From the NCBI GenBank assembly GCA_017546345.1, contig JAFYXB010000016.1, positions 5,052-69,051 on the forward strand: a stretch of DNA of 64,000 nucleotides, written 5' to 3'. The stretch's first letter is position 1. The number at the start of each line of letters is the position of its first letter. This DNA comes from Alistipes sp. Lineage in GTDB: Bacteria > Bacteroidota > Bacteroidia > Bacteroidales > Rikenellaceae. Under the pieces are notes generated by a model. That model did no database searches. It saw nothing but the letters and a program-made list of their open reading frames with translations, and was not told the origin of the DNA. Positions 30,166-38,679 of this stretch are shown in pieces. The position numbers and the translations under genes were made by a program.

Positions 30166-31005
30166 GTGTCTGTCAAGAAGAAAATAATTGCTTGTGAACT
30201 ATTGGTGATCAGCATAATAGCTATCACCTCGTTTGCCGTGCAGCACCTCGTTGGCGATATTCCCGTAGAGCTTTTCAGCTTCCCGCTAAACATCCTGATC
30301 ATAGCCCTTTGGCTTGCCGCTCTCGTATGGTTATATCGTGCACGTCACACCTCACGAGTTACGCAATCGCTACTCTCGATGCGAGCAACGATTCTCGCCC
30401 TGCTTCTGATGATTGCCCTCGGCATACTCTTTGGCCTACAGCACTCACCTAAGACCTCGGCGTGGCCAACCGCTACTGCCCTACTCTTCATCCTCTCGCA
30501 CCTTAGTCTCATAACGTTGCGCGGACTACGTGACGGCCGAGGCAAGCTTCGCATACGCTTTATCCTCAACCATTTAGGCCTTATCCTCGCTCTTGGCGCA
30601 GGCTTCTGGGGCGCAGCCGACAGAGAGGAGTTACGCGTAGTTGTCGAGCGCGATATGCCCACGAATATCGCATACACGAAGACTGGTAACCGCACTATTT
30701 TGGATTACGAAATTGCAATGACCGATTTTGCGATAGAGTATTTCGACACGGGCACGCCATCATCATTCGAAGCGAGCGTAGTCGTTGATAACAAGCCCAC
30801 TACGCTGCGTGTAAACCACCCCTACAACCGCACATGGACCGAAACGATATACCTTATAAGCTACGACACGGAGCAGCCCGCCAAGGCTCGTTACTGCATT
30901 GTCGAGGTGGTGCGCGAGCCGTGGCGTTGGCTCACAGTTGCAGGTATATTGATGCTCATAATGGGCGCTATATTGATGTTTATTCAGGGTAAAAAGAGAG
31001 GATAG
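30166..31005 (+). CDS. Cytochrome c biogenesis protein, ResB/CcsB-like
   Basis: FSFPLN, FILNHLG (conserved His), LRVNHP and EPW motifs; precedes ccsA; the GTG start is estimated because the supplied ORF start overlaps the tRNA. Confidence 0.8.
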   Translation: MSVKKKIIACELLVISIIAITSFAVQHLVGDIPVELFSFPLNILIIALWLAALVWLYRARHTSRVTQSLLSMRATILALLLMIALGILFGLQHSPKTSAWPTATALLFILSHLSLITLRGLRDGRGKLRIRFILNHLGLILALGAGFWGAADREELRVVVERDMPTNIAYTKTGNRTILDYEIAMTDFAIEYFDTGTPSSFEASVVVDNKPTTLRVNHPYNRTWTETIYLISYDTEQPAKARYCIVEVVREPWRWLTVAGILMLIMGAILMFIQGKKRG

Positions 31006-31007
31006 CT

Positions 31008-31790
31008 ATGGTACTCGGCTGGAACATATTTCCCTTTGTTGCGGCACTCGCTGCACTACTCTCAGCAGTTGCTGCCGTCTGCGCAGCGCTACGTGAGGAG
31101 CGTGGTCGTCGTCTTGCCATAGCATCGGCCATTGGTGGCATAGCCATCCTTGCGGCATTTGTCGCTATGCTTTGGCTCACGCTCGAGCGTCCTCCGCTAC
31201 GCACTATGGGCGAAACACGACTTTGGTACTCGCTATTTCTGCTTCTCGCGGGCCTTGTGACATACCTACGTTGGCGCTATCGCTGGATAATGGGTTTCTC
31301 AACACTTCTGGCAACGGTATTTATGATTGTAAATATCGCCAAACCCGAGCTTCACGATCATACGTTAATGCCTGCACTACAGAGCGTATGGTTTGTACCA
31401 CACGTATCTATATATATGTTCTCATACGCACTTTTGGGCTGTGCGACACTCCTCTCGTTATATGGTCTGTGGCGTCCCTCGGCAGAGTTGGACGAAGCTA
31501 TAGGTCGCGTGATGAGTTCGGGTATCGCCTTCTTCACTATCGGCATGCTCTCGGGCGCGCTATGGGCCAAGGAGGCGTGGGGCACATATTGGAATTTGGA
31601 TCCTAAAGAGGCGTGGGCTGCAGCTACATGGGGATTATACCTTCTCGCCCTACACCTCGCGCCACATCGTCGCAGGCTCTACTACGCGATTGTCATTACA
31701 GCCTTTCTCGCGTTGCAGATGTGCTGGTGGGGCGTAAACTATCTGCCCAATGCAGCACGCAGCGAGCACACCTACACAATGCAGAAGTAG
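31008..31790 (+). CDS. ccsA: Cytochrome c biogenesis protein CcsA (System II)
   Basis: RPPLRTMGETRLW, PALQSVWFVPHV, WWD-type motif GALWAKEAWGTYWNLDPKEAW and terminal HTY. Confidence 0.93.
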   Translation: MVLGWNIFPFVAALAALLSAVAAVCAALREERGRRLAIASAIGGIAILAAFVAMLWLTLERPPLRTMGETRLWYSLFLLLAGLVTYLRWRYRWIMGFSTLLATVFMIVNIAKPELHDHTLMPALQSVWFVPHVSIYMFSYALLGCATLLSLYGLWRPSAELDEAIGRVMSSGIAFFTIGMLSGALWAKEAWGTYWNLDPKEAWAAATWGLYLLALHLAPHRRRLYYAIVITAFLALQMCWWGVNYLPNAARSEHTYTMQK

Positions 31791-31831
31791 TACACAGCAT
31801 ATCAAGCAATTAACAACTAAATAAAAACATT

Positions 31832-33277
31832 ATGAAGAAGATTAGACTATTTTTGGTTATGGCACTTATCGTTGCCGTTTCCCTGTTCGTAGCCTACCGT
31901 CTTTCGAACAATGCACCTGCCGAGAACCTCCCCGAGGAGGTACGCGTATTGGCAGTCTTGGAGGAGGGCGGATGTCTTAGCTGCCACTCGGCTAACCCCG
32001 AGATTCCCTTCTATGCAAAGCTTCCCGTAGCAGGTAAGGTTGTGATGAAGGATATCGAGGATGGCTACCGCGCCTACGACATCGAGCCATTGATGGAGGC
32101 GTTGCGAAATGGCGAGACACCTCGCCCCGTAGATGTTGCCAAGGTCGAGAAGGTAGCTTTGGATAAGCGTATGCCTATGGCAAAGTACTATCTTGTGCAC
32201 TGGGGTAGTCAGATGACCAACGAGAAGCGCGACATCATCCTCGATTGGGCTATCAACTACCGCACCGACTACTACGCCGATGGTCTTGCTGAGGAGCGTG
32301 CCGGTGAGCCCATACGCCCTATCCAGCCCGCAACAAACATCGACGAGGAGAAGGCAGCTCTCGGCTTCAAGCTCTACCACGACACACGTCTATCGGTGGA
32401 TAATACCGTGTCGTGCGCTACCTGCCACGGTCTCCATACAGGTGGTGTTGATAACCACCAGTACTCTGACGGCGTAGAGGGCCGCATGGGTGGTGTGAAT
32501 GCTCCTACGGTATATAATGCAGTCTACAACTTCGTACAGTTCTGGGATGGTCGTGCACGCACCCTCGCAGAGCAGGCCGCAGGTCCTCCACTCAACCCCG
32601 TAGAGATGGCTTCAACATCGTTCGACGAGATTATCGCAAAGCTTGCGCAGGATAAGGCTATGGTTGCTGCGTTCGACAATATCTATAGCGATGGCATCAC
32701 CGAGGCAAACATCACAAATGCTATCGAGGAGTTCGAGCGCACACTCGTAACCCCCAACTCGGCATTCGACAAGTGGCTTAAGGGTGACAACGAGGCGCTC
32801 ACAGCTGAGGAGCTTCGCGGATATGAGCTATTCAAGGAGTACAACTGCGCAACATGCCACGTAGGCGCTAACCTCGGTGGCGAGAGCTACGAGCTTATGG
32901 GCTTGCGACGTCACTACTTCGCAGATCGCGGCTTGGAGCTTACCAACGAGGATAACGGTCGCTTCAAGGAGACTCAGGATGAGCGTGACCGCCACCGCTT
33001 CAAGGTGCCTGGCCTACGCAACGTAGAGCTCACATGGCCTTACTACCACGATGGTACACGTCTTACTATGGAGGAGGCTGTGCGCGACATGGCACGCTAC
33101 CAGTCTGACGTAGATATCAACGACGAGGAGACTGCAGCGATTGTTGCATTCCTCCGCACATTGACTGGTGAGTATAAGGGTGTTAAACTCACAAACGAGA
33201 ATGAGTACGGCGTAATCCACCACCACGAGGATGATGCGATGTATCTCGATCGCAACCACACTCACGATAACGAGTAA
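31832..33277 (+). CDS. ccp: Tri-heme cytochrome c peroxidase (YhjA-like)
   Basis: N-terminal TM; three CxxCH motifs (CLSCH, CATCH, CATCH); QFWDGRA, NPVEM and FKVPGLRNV motifs. Confidence 0.92.
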   Translation: MKKIRLFLVMALIVAVSLFVAYRLSNNAPAENLPEEVRVLAVLEEGGCLSCHSANPEIPFYAKLPVAGKVVMKDIEDGYRAYDIEPLMEALRNGETPRPVDVAKVEKVALDKRMPMAKYYLVHWGSQMTNEKRDIILDWAINYRTDYYADGLAEERAGEPIRPIQPATNIDEEKAALGFKLYHDTRLSVDNTVSCATCHGLHTGGVDNHQYSDGVEGRMGGVNAPTVYNAVYNFVQFWDGRARTLAEQAAGPPLNPVEMASTSFDEIIAKLAQDKAMVAAFDNIYSDGITEANITNAIEEFERTLVTPNSAFDKWLKGDNEALTAEELRGYELFKEYNCATCHVGANLGGESYELMGLRRHYFADRGLELTNEDNGRFKETQDERDRHRFKVPGLRNVELTWPYYHDGTRLTMEEAVRDMARYQSDVDINDEETAAIVAFLRTLTGEYKGVKLTNENEYGVIHHHEDDAMYLDRNHTHDNE

Positions 33278-33293
33278 TCAATAACAGTGAAAT

Positions 33294-33333
33294 AAAACTA
33301 ATGGGCTGCCCCACGGGACAGCCCATTAGTTTT
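33294..33333. terminator. Bidirectional terminator
   Basis: AAAACTAATGGGCTG/CAGCCCATTAGTTTT between convergent genes. Confidence 0.85.
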
Positions 33334-33358
33334 GCCTGTATGTTTACCTTAACAAGCC

Positions 33359-35899
33359 CTACTCAACTGCGAAACGATATGCTGCACGAACTGCAAACTC
33401 ACTCGTCTTATATGGTTCAAGACAAACAACGCTGTTCGACATAAATGCTACAACCTCGATAAACTTTTCCGAGTTCTCGTTTGATGAAGAGTAATAGGTC
33501 TCGGTAAATGGCATACCACCCTTCTCTACAAGCAACTTATTGTAAGCCTTTACACTGTCGCTATTGAAGTCGCCTGTGCCGCCACTGATTGCGTTCCACA
33601 TCCAACCCAACTCCTTTGATGATGGCAAGAACCAACCATCGCCGTGCTCGATACACCACTTAAAGGCTGGGTAGTCATCAATATTCTGATTACCATAATT
33701 GAGGTTGAAGAGATCCTCGGTCATAAACTGGCCATTGCTGCTATGGTTGTATGGGCAGTCTACGTTTATTGTAGACCACTGCAAGTCGGCCTCATCGAGA
33801 GAGAAGATGTAGCAGTAACCCTTCTCGATAGCAAATACGATACCCTCTACTCCATTTACATTATAATAGTCACCAACCTTATACTCCTTATTAGGGTCGG
33901 TCTCTTCGCCAGAGCTGCCACCCTCACCATCTGAGCCTTCAACAGCCTTAGCAACAACGCGCACCTCGTTAGAGTAGTAGCCGCCATACAACGCAACAAA
34001 ACGATACTCACCCGCCACTGTAGTCGAAAACATCTTACCATTGAGCGCCTTGCTATCATCAATAGAGTAGATTGCCACACCATCTGTAATGGGCTGATTA
34101 TCGACACTAACAGAGAATGTTACACTCTCCACGCCATCGGCCTTAATCTCGCTCTTGTCTGCCGACAATGTAATATTGATATGCTCCTCGGGCTTTACAT
34201 AGTGCTCCTTCACACCATAGTAGTCGATAGATGACGAAAGTGCGCAAAGTGCCGTGTTCACAACATCGAAACGACCCAAATCATCCTTTGCCGAGACGAT
34301 AACCAACACCTCCATATTGTCGGTATTCCACGCTGCACTAAGGATAGGAAGAGAGAAGGTGCAGCCATTAGTCTCGCCCGCAACGATGATGCCGAGTGAG
34401 TCACCCGAGATATCTCGTCGGTCGTAAGCACCCGCAATATTGCGCAACGCGTGGTTGCTTATACGGTGATGCGAGTAGGTAGCACCAGCCTGGCTGGGAT
34501 TCGAGATATTGTTCTCGAGGAGCCATGCCGTAACCTTGTACTCCTGCGTAACAGCTGCCTTAACACCTACTGCAACCGATACCTCATCATTGTTCAATGC
34601 GGCATATACTGCAACACCTGCATCAGCACCGTTTGTCTTAACCAAATTGTTGATACTCTGACTATTCTTTGCGACAAAATTATCCGCACTCGTATCGCCC
34701 AGACCTCCGTAGAAGTTGAAGCGAATAGCTGGATAGCCTGCATTGGGATAGAATTTATCAACAACCGACGCAGCAGCAGAGTAGGCATTATCGCTATACT
34801 GACCCGTAGCAAAGCTACCGCCATGCACACCTACCTCGTGGTAGTAGTCGGCAACATCCTCCTCACCCAATGCCAAGAGGCCATCGATCACACGTGGGCA
34901 ATTTGTACAACCAACGCCCGTATGGTCTACAAGCAATATCTTATGAGGGAAAACTCGGCACTCGGGGCTGCTATCCTCGGGCAAGAACTCCTCCCAAGGT
35001 CTAATAGCACCATTACTACCCTCATACTCAAGCACCTCCATAGGCTTGATATAGTTGCGCTTAACCTCGAAAGATGCATCCGTAGCTATGCTTCGAAGCT
35101 CCTGACCCTTGCACTTAACCTTCACGCATATACCCTTCTCAAAGCTATTGGGAAGCAGCGCAAAGTAGAAGGCCGTAGGCTTAGATGTGAGTGTCACGCC
35201 ATCGCCACAATCGAGCGTGATGCTCATTGCGAGGCTCTTATCGTAGACTACCGTTCCCGAGAGTTCGTTATCGCCACCATCTACAGCGCCATCCTGACAC
35301 TCCTCCACCTCGGCCGTAGCAACATTAACATAGGCATAGCCAGCAATCTGCTCGCCACGGTTGCCCTCGAGCGTAATGCTCTCGACGACATCACCGTTAC
35401 CCGTAAGCTGCAACTTAAGCCATCCGCACACATTTCGCAACACGACATTATGGTCATGGCTCGCTGCAACCATAATATTACTCTTAGGGTCGTAGCTATC
35501 AGCCATATAGCTCTGCTGACTTGCCAAGACTATCTCAATATGCTCGGCATCGGAGTCTATGCGATAGCTCTTATCGTAGGGATATGCCACCACAACTCTA
35601 TCCGTAGCCTGCGCACCAGCCGCCTTAGGGTCAAACGAGATATCGCCCGAGCGATCACCCGTCTCACCAAGGAACTTTGCCTCGATATTTTCGTAAGACT
35701 TGTAAAAGAGCGAGAGCTTATCGCCTGCATTCCACACCGTCTTATTCTCGACAAGTTGAATACGCGTATCGGCATCTTCGAAGCCGACACTAAGCACCTC
35801 GGAGAGAGAGGTATTACCTCCCGACAACTCTGCGATATCGCTCTGCGCACACGCCACAAAGGCCAACGCAGCAACTACAAAAATCACAAGACGTTTCAT
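33359..35899 (-). CDS. Fimbrillin-like lipoprotein with Omp28/thioredoxin-like, Ig-like and C-terminal lectin-like domains
   Basis: Lipobox FVAC; DTRIQL; LRNVCGWLKL; HTGVGCTNCP...HG...GYP...NHALR; IKADGVESVTF; VGDYY...WFLPSSKEL...VRAAYRF. Confidence 0.8.
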   Translation of the reverse strand: MKRLVIFVVAALAFVACAQSDIAELSGGNTSLSEVLSVGFEDADTRIQLVENKTVWNAGDKLSLFYKSYENIEAKFLGETGDRSGDISFDPKAAGAQATDRVVVAYPYDKSYRIDSDAEHIEIVLASQQSYMADSYDPKSNIMVAASHDHNVVLRNVCGWLKLQLTGNGDVVESITLEGNRGEQIAGYAYVNVATAEVEECQDGAVDGGDNELSGTVVYDKSLAMSITLDCGDGVTLTSKPTAFYFALLPNSFEKGICVKVKCKGQELRSIATDASFEVKRNYIKPMEVLEYEGSNGAIRPWEEFLPEDSSPECRVFPHKILLVDHTGVGCTNCPRVIDGLLALGEEDVADYYHEVGVHGGSFATGQYSDNAYSAAASVVDKFYPNAGYPAIRFNFYGGLGDTSADNFVAKNSQSINNLVKTNGADAGVAVYAALNNDEVSVAVGVKAAVTQEYKVTAWLLENNISNPSQAGATYSHHRISNHALRNIAGAYDRRDISGDSLGIIVAGETNGCTFSLPILSAAWNTDNMEVLVIVSAKDDLGRFDVVNTALCALSSSIDYYGVKEHYVKPEEHINITLSADKSEIKADGVESVTFSVSVDNQPITDGVAIYSIDDSKALNGKMFSTTVAGEYRFVALYGGYYSNEVRVVAKAVEGSDGEGGSSGEETDPNKEYKVGDYYNVNGVEGIVFAIEKGYCYIFSLDEADLQWSTINVDCPYNHSSNGQFMTEDLFNLNYGNQNIDDYPAFKWCIEHGDGWFLPSSKELGWMWNAISGGTGDFNSDSVKAYNKLLVEKGGMPFTETYYSSSNENSEKFIEVVAFMSNSVVCLEPYKTSEFAVRAAYRFAVE

Positions 35900-35967
35900 C
35901 GTATACGTTTATAAGCTTTATAGAACTTATTGCGACACAAACACTTAGTCGCAAAATCCGACAACAA

Positions 35968-35999
35968 GGGGCCATCCAACATCTTTGCTGGATAGCCCC
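35968..35999 (-). promoter_or_regulatory. Hairpin between the micro-ORF and the pilin-like gene (leaky terminator or mRNA stabiliser)
   Basis: GGGGCTATCCAGC-AAAGAT-GTTGGATGGCCCC followed by an interrupted TTGTTG. Confidence 0.6.
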
Positions 36000-36036
36000 T
36001 CTTTATAACATTAGGTTATTGGTACAACGCTAAAGA

Positions 36037-36180
36037 TTAGTACCAAGCGCTTACTGACCAACTCTGAGTCTCGTCTACGATAGGATCCTCGAGATTTGAC
36101 TCCTGGAAGCCTGCCTCAACAACTGCCTCAACAATCTCAACCTCGGGAGCGAGGTAGCTTGCATAAAATTTAGTATTCAT
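36037..36180 (-). CDS. 47-aa acidic micro-protein (YLAPE family) upstream of a pilin-like gene
   Basis: Hand translation MNTKFYASYLAPEVEIVEAVVEAGFQESNLEDPIVDETQSWSVSAWY*; homologous to 45157-45297. Confidence 0.85.
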   Translation of the reverse strand: MNTKFYASYLAPEVEIVEAVVEAGFQESNLEDPIVDETQSWSVSAWY

Positions 36181-36256
36181 AGTTATATAGTCTTATAGTT
36201 AATAAATTCTCATCTGTTAGCAACACACTTTTTGCACATTAGGCTAAAAGATAGCA

Positions 36257-36264
36257 CAAAAATA
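36257..36264 (-). promoter_or_regulatory. -7 promoter element (TATTTTTG) for the micro-ORF/pilin unit
   Basis: TAnnTTTG about 77 bp upstream of the ATG at 36180. Confidence 0.6.
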
Positions 36265-36582
36265 CAAATATTTTTTCAAAAACAAAGAGGACCGCATGAT
36301 TTTTATCAAACAGTCCCCTGCCTCGCCGCAAAAAACGGTCGAGAAAACACCCAATAAAAACTAAAAAGATCAATCTATAAGCAGATCTACACGCCCGTAT
36401 TTATCCCATTTAAGCACCACTATACAACCACAAAGTGCATAAGAGAGAGCCACTTTAAGCGTGCATATCTTTCATGGTGCAAAGATGCAGCATTATTTTC
36501 AAGCACACAATCGCCCTCTTTAGGGAAATTTAGCCGACGAGCATCCCCGATTATAGGGATTGGCAAATTGGAGAATTATTTG

Positions 36583-36590
36583 TATCTTTG
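36583..36590 (+). promoter_or_regulatory. -7 promoter element (TATCTTTG) for the hemerythrin-LuxR operon
   Basis: Perfect TAnnTTTG; preceded by palindrome ATCCC-N8-GGGAT at 36543-36560. Confidence 0.7.
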
Positions 36591-36643
36591 CATAATGGTT
36601 AATAGATGATTTATAAAGTGTAACACAAACAACTGAAAGAGAA

Positions 36644-37351
36644 GTGAATAAGATAAACTATCATAGTCCAGCTGCCTCTCTCGCGCCCGACATGAAGATT
36701 TTTGAGCTGATAGACGCCTACCCCGTGCTGCTATCCGTATTTTCGCGTTTGGGCATAACACTCCCCTTCGGCGACATCTCCGTAGAGCAGATGTGCCGTA
36801 GAGATGGACACTCGCCCGAGCTATTCCTGCTGCTCTGCCGTATGCACATCGACACCTCATTCCGCCCACGCCCCTCGGAGCTTCGCGAAGATATGCTACT
36901 CTCGGTTGTCGGCTACCTGCGAGCTACACATCGCTACTACACCGACTATATGTTACCTCACGCAGGCGAGCACCTCGACGAGATTTTGAGCTACTGCGAC
37001 GAACTATCTCGCAGCATGCTCACGAAGTTCTATAGCGACTACGTGAGCTACATTCGAGAGCATCTCGAAGAGGAGGAGCAGACCATATTTGCTAGCGTTG
37101 AGAGTGCAGCAGCAGGCGAACGCCTCAACCTCGCATCCTTAGAGGTGCCACACAGCGATATCGACGATCGCACCAATGATATAGCATCGCTCATAATCAA
37201 GTGTCTACCCGAGGCGGCACCCACACAGCTACGCTGTGCTATGCTCAGCCACATATACGCACTGCGCGACGACCTACGACGCCACTACAACGTCGAGGTG
37301 GCTCTTTTGCGACCCTTGATAGCACAAACTATTAATACCTCGAAGCAATGA
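36644..37351 (+). CDS. Hemerythrin-domain protein (Ric/ScdA-like N-terminus)
   Basis: RLGITLPFGDISVEQMC, YLRATHRYY, HLEEEE, HSDIDD and HYNVE motifs. Confidence 0.8.
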   Translation: MNKINYHSPAASLAPDMKIFELIDAYPVLLSVFSRLGITLPFGDISVEQMCRRDGHSPELFLLLCRMHIDTSFRPRPSELREDMLLSVVGYLRATHRYYTDYMLPHAGEHLDEILSYCDELSRSMLTKFYSDYVSYIREHLEEEEQTIFASVESAAAGERLNLASLEVPHSDIDDRTNDIASLIIKCLPEAAPTQLRCAMLSHIYALRDDLRRHYNVEVALLRPLIAQTINTSKQ

Positions 37352-37923
37352 AGCGTTACCGCATAGCAATCATAGAGCCTGCATCGGTAATCGGCGAGGG
37401 CATAGCCTCGATGCTCGCAGCAAGTGGCGAGGTGGAGGTGCTCTTCTGCTGTCGCTCCATTGCCGAGGCGAAGGGCTACACACGTAGTCACGACGAGGTG
37501 GAGATACTCTTCGTGGCTGCAACTCTCGCACCGCAGCTCAGTGGCATATCGCTATTTGACAACGTGCCAATGGTAGCGATACAGAGCACTCTCGTAGATA
37601 ACGAGACGTTACGTCGCTTTGCCGCCACAGTGTCGATATTCTCAACGACAGAGGAGCTACTACGCACCCTTCACGAGACCCTCGACCGCGCCGCAGAGCC
37701 AAGCTACAGCGAGAGCCACGAACTGTCGGAGCGCGAAAAAGATGTGCTTATTCTTGTAGCACGCGGACATACAAACAAGGAGATAGCCTCGGAGCTAAAC
37801 ATTTCGCCCCACACGGTAATCTCGCATCGCAAAAATATCGTGCATAAGACTGGTATCCGCTCGGTGGCAGGTCTTACGGTATATGCCGTACTTAACAAAT
37901 TGATAACCAACGAACAACTATAA
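37348..37923 (+). CDS. LuxR-family HTH regulator with degenerate receiver-like domain
   Basis: LSEREKDVL...TNKEIASELNISPHTVISHRKNI; 4-bp overlap with the hemerythrin gene. Confidence 0.92.
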   Translation: MKRYRIAIIEPASVIGEGIASMLAASGEVEVLFCCRSIAEAKGYTRSHDEVEILFVAATLAPQLSGISLFDNVPMVAIQSTLVDNETLRRFAATVSIFSTTEELLRTLHETLDRAAEPSYSESHELSEREKDVLILVARGHTNKEIASELNISPHTVISHRKNIVHKTGIRSVAGLTVYAVLNKLITNEQL

Positions 37924-37925
37924 CT

Positions 37926-38666
37926 ATGAAATTCGAACTTTGTGCCTACTCCGTAGAGGCATGTCACACCGCAGCACGCCTCGGTGTCAATCGTGTAGAG
38001 CTATGCGCCTCACCCGCTGAGGGTGGCGTAACACCTTCGCTTGCGACCATCGAGCGCGTTGCAGCAATTCCCAACCTCGACCTTAGCGTTATGATTCGCC
38101 CACGTGGTGGCGATTTTCTCTACTCCGACGAGGAGTTTCAGACAATGCTCCAGGATATTGCCCACGCTCGCAAGGCGGGTGCTACGGGCGTAGTATTCGG
38201 CATCCTCACACCAGACGGCAAGGTAGATGTGGAGCGCACACGCGCCCTTGTCGAGGCATCCGAAGGTATGGAGACGACGTTCCACCGCGCGGTAGATATG
38301 ACCGAGGATTACGCTCAGGCCGTAGCTGATGTAATCGAGGCAGGATGCACACGCATTCTTACATCGGGAGGTTACGACAAGGCGATAGACGGCATCGATA
38401 ATATTCGTCGTGCAGTCGAGGTATCGCGTGGCCGCATTGAGATTATGGCGGGTAGTGGCGTGGTGGCCGCAAATGCCGCAGAGCTCAAAGCTGTAGGCGT
38501 TGATGCGCTACACTTCAGCGCCAAGAAGATGGTCGCAGGAGGTATGCAGTATCGCAATCCTCGAATCTCGATGGGAGGCTCGTCGGCTGTCGATGAGTTC
38601 GCACTCCGCGTAGTAGACGAGGCCGAGGTAGAGGCAATCCTAAAACTCTGTTCTGCAAATAATTAA
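37926..38666 (+). CDS. cutC: Copper homeostasis protein CutC
   Basis: RVELC, GGVTPS, MIRPRGGDF, TFHRA and RILTSG motifs. Confidence 0.93.
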   Translation: MKFELCAYSVEACHTAARLGVNRVELCASPAEGGVTPSLATIERVAAIPNLDLSVMIRPRGGDFLYSDEEFQTMLQDIAHARKAGATGVVFGILTPDGKVDVERTRALVEASEGMETTFHRAVDMTEDYAQAVADVIEAGCTRILTSGGYDKAIDGIDNIRRAVEVSRGRIEIMAGSGVVAANAAELKAVGVDALHFSAKKMVAGGMQYRNPRISMGGSSAVDEFALRVVDEAEVEAILKLCSANN

Positions 38667-38679
38667 ACCAACGCACAAT

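Noticed and set aside
34451-35914. 487-aa plus-strand ORF and many other long antisense ORFs in the track
   Set aside because: Shadow frames opposite well-supported genes, with no recognisable motifs
36037-36180. AGF as a type IV prepilin cleavage site
   Set aside because: It is preceded by acidic residues and followed by a polar acidic tail rather than a hydrophobic helix
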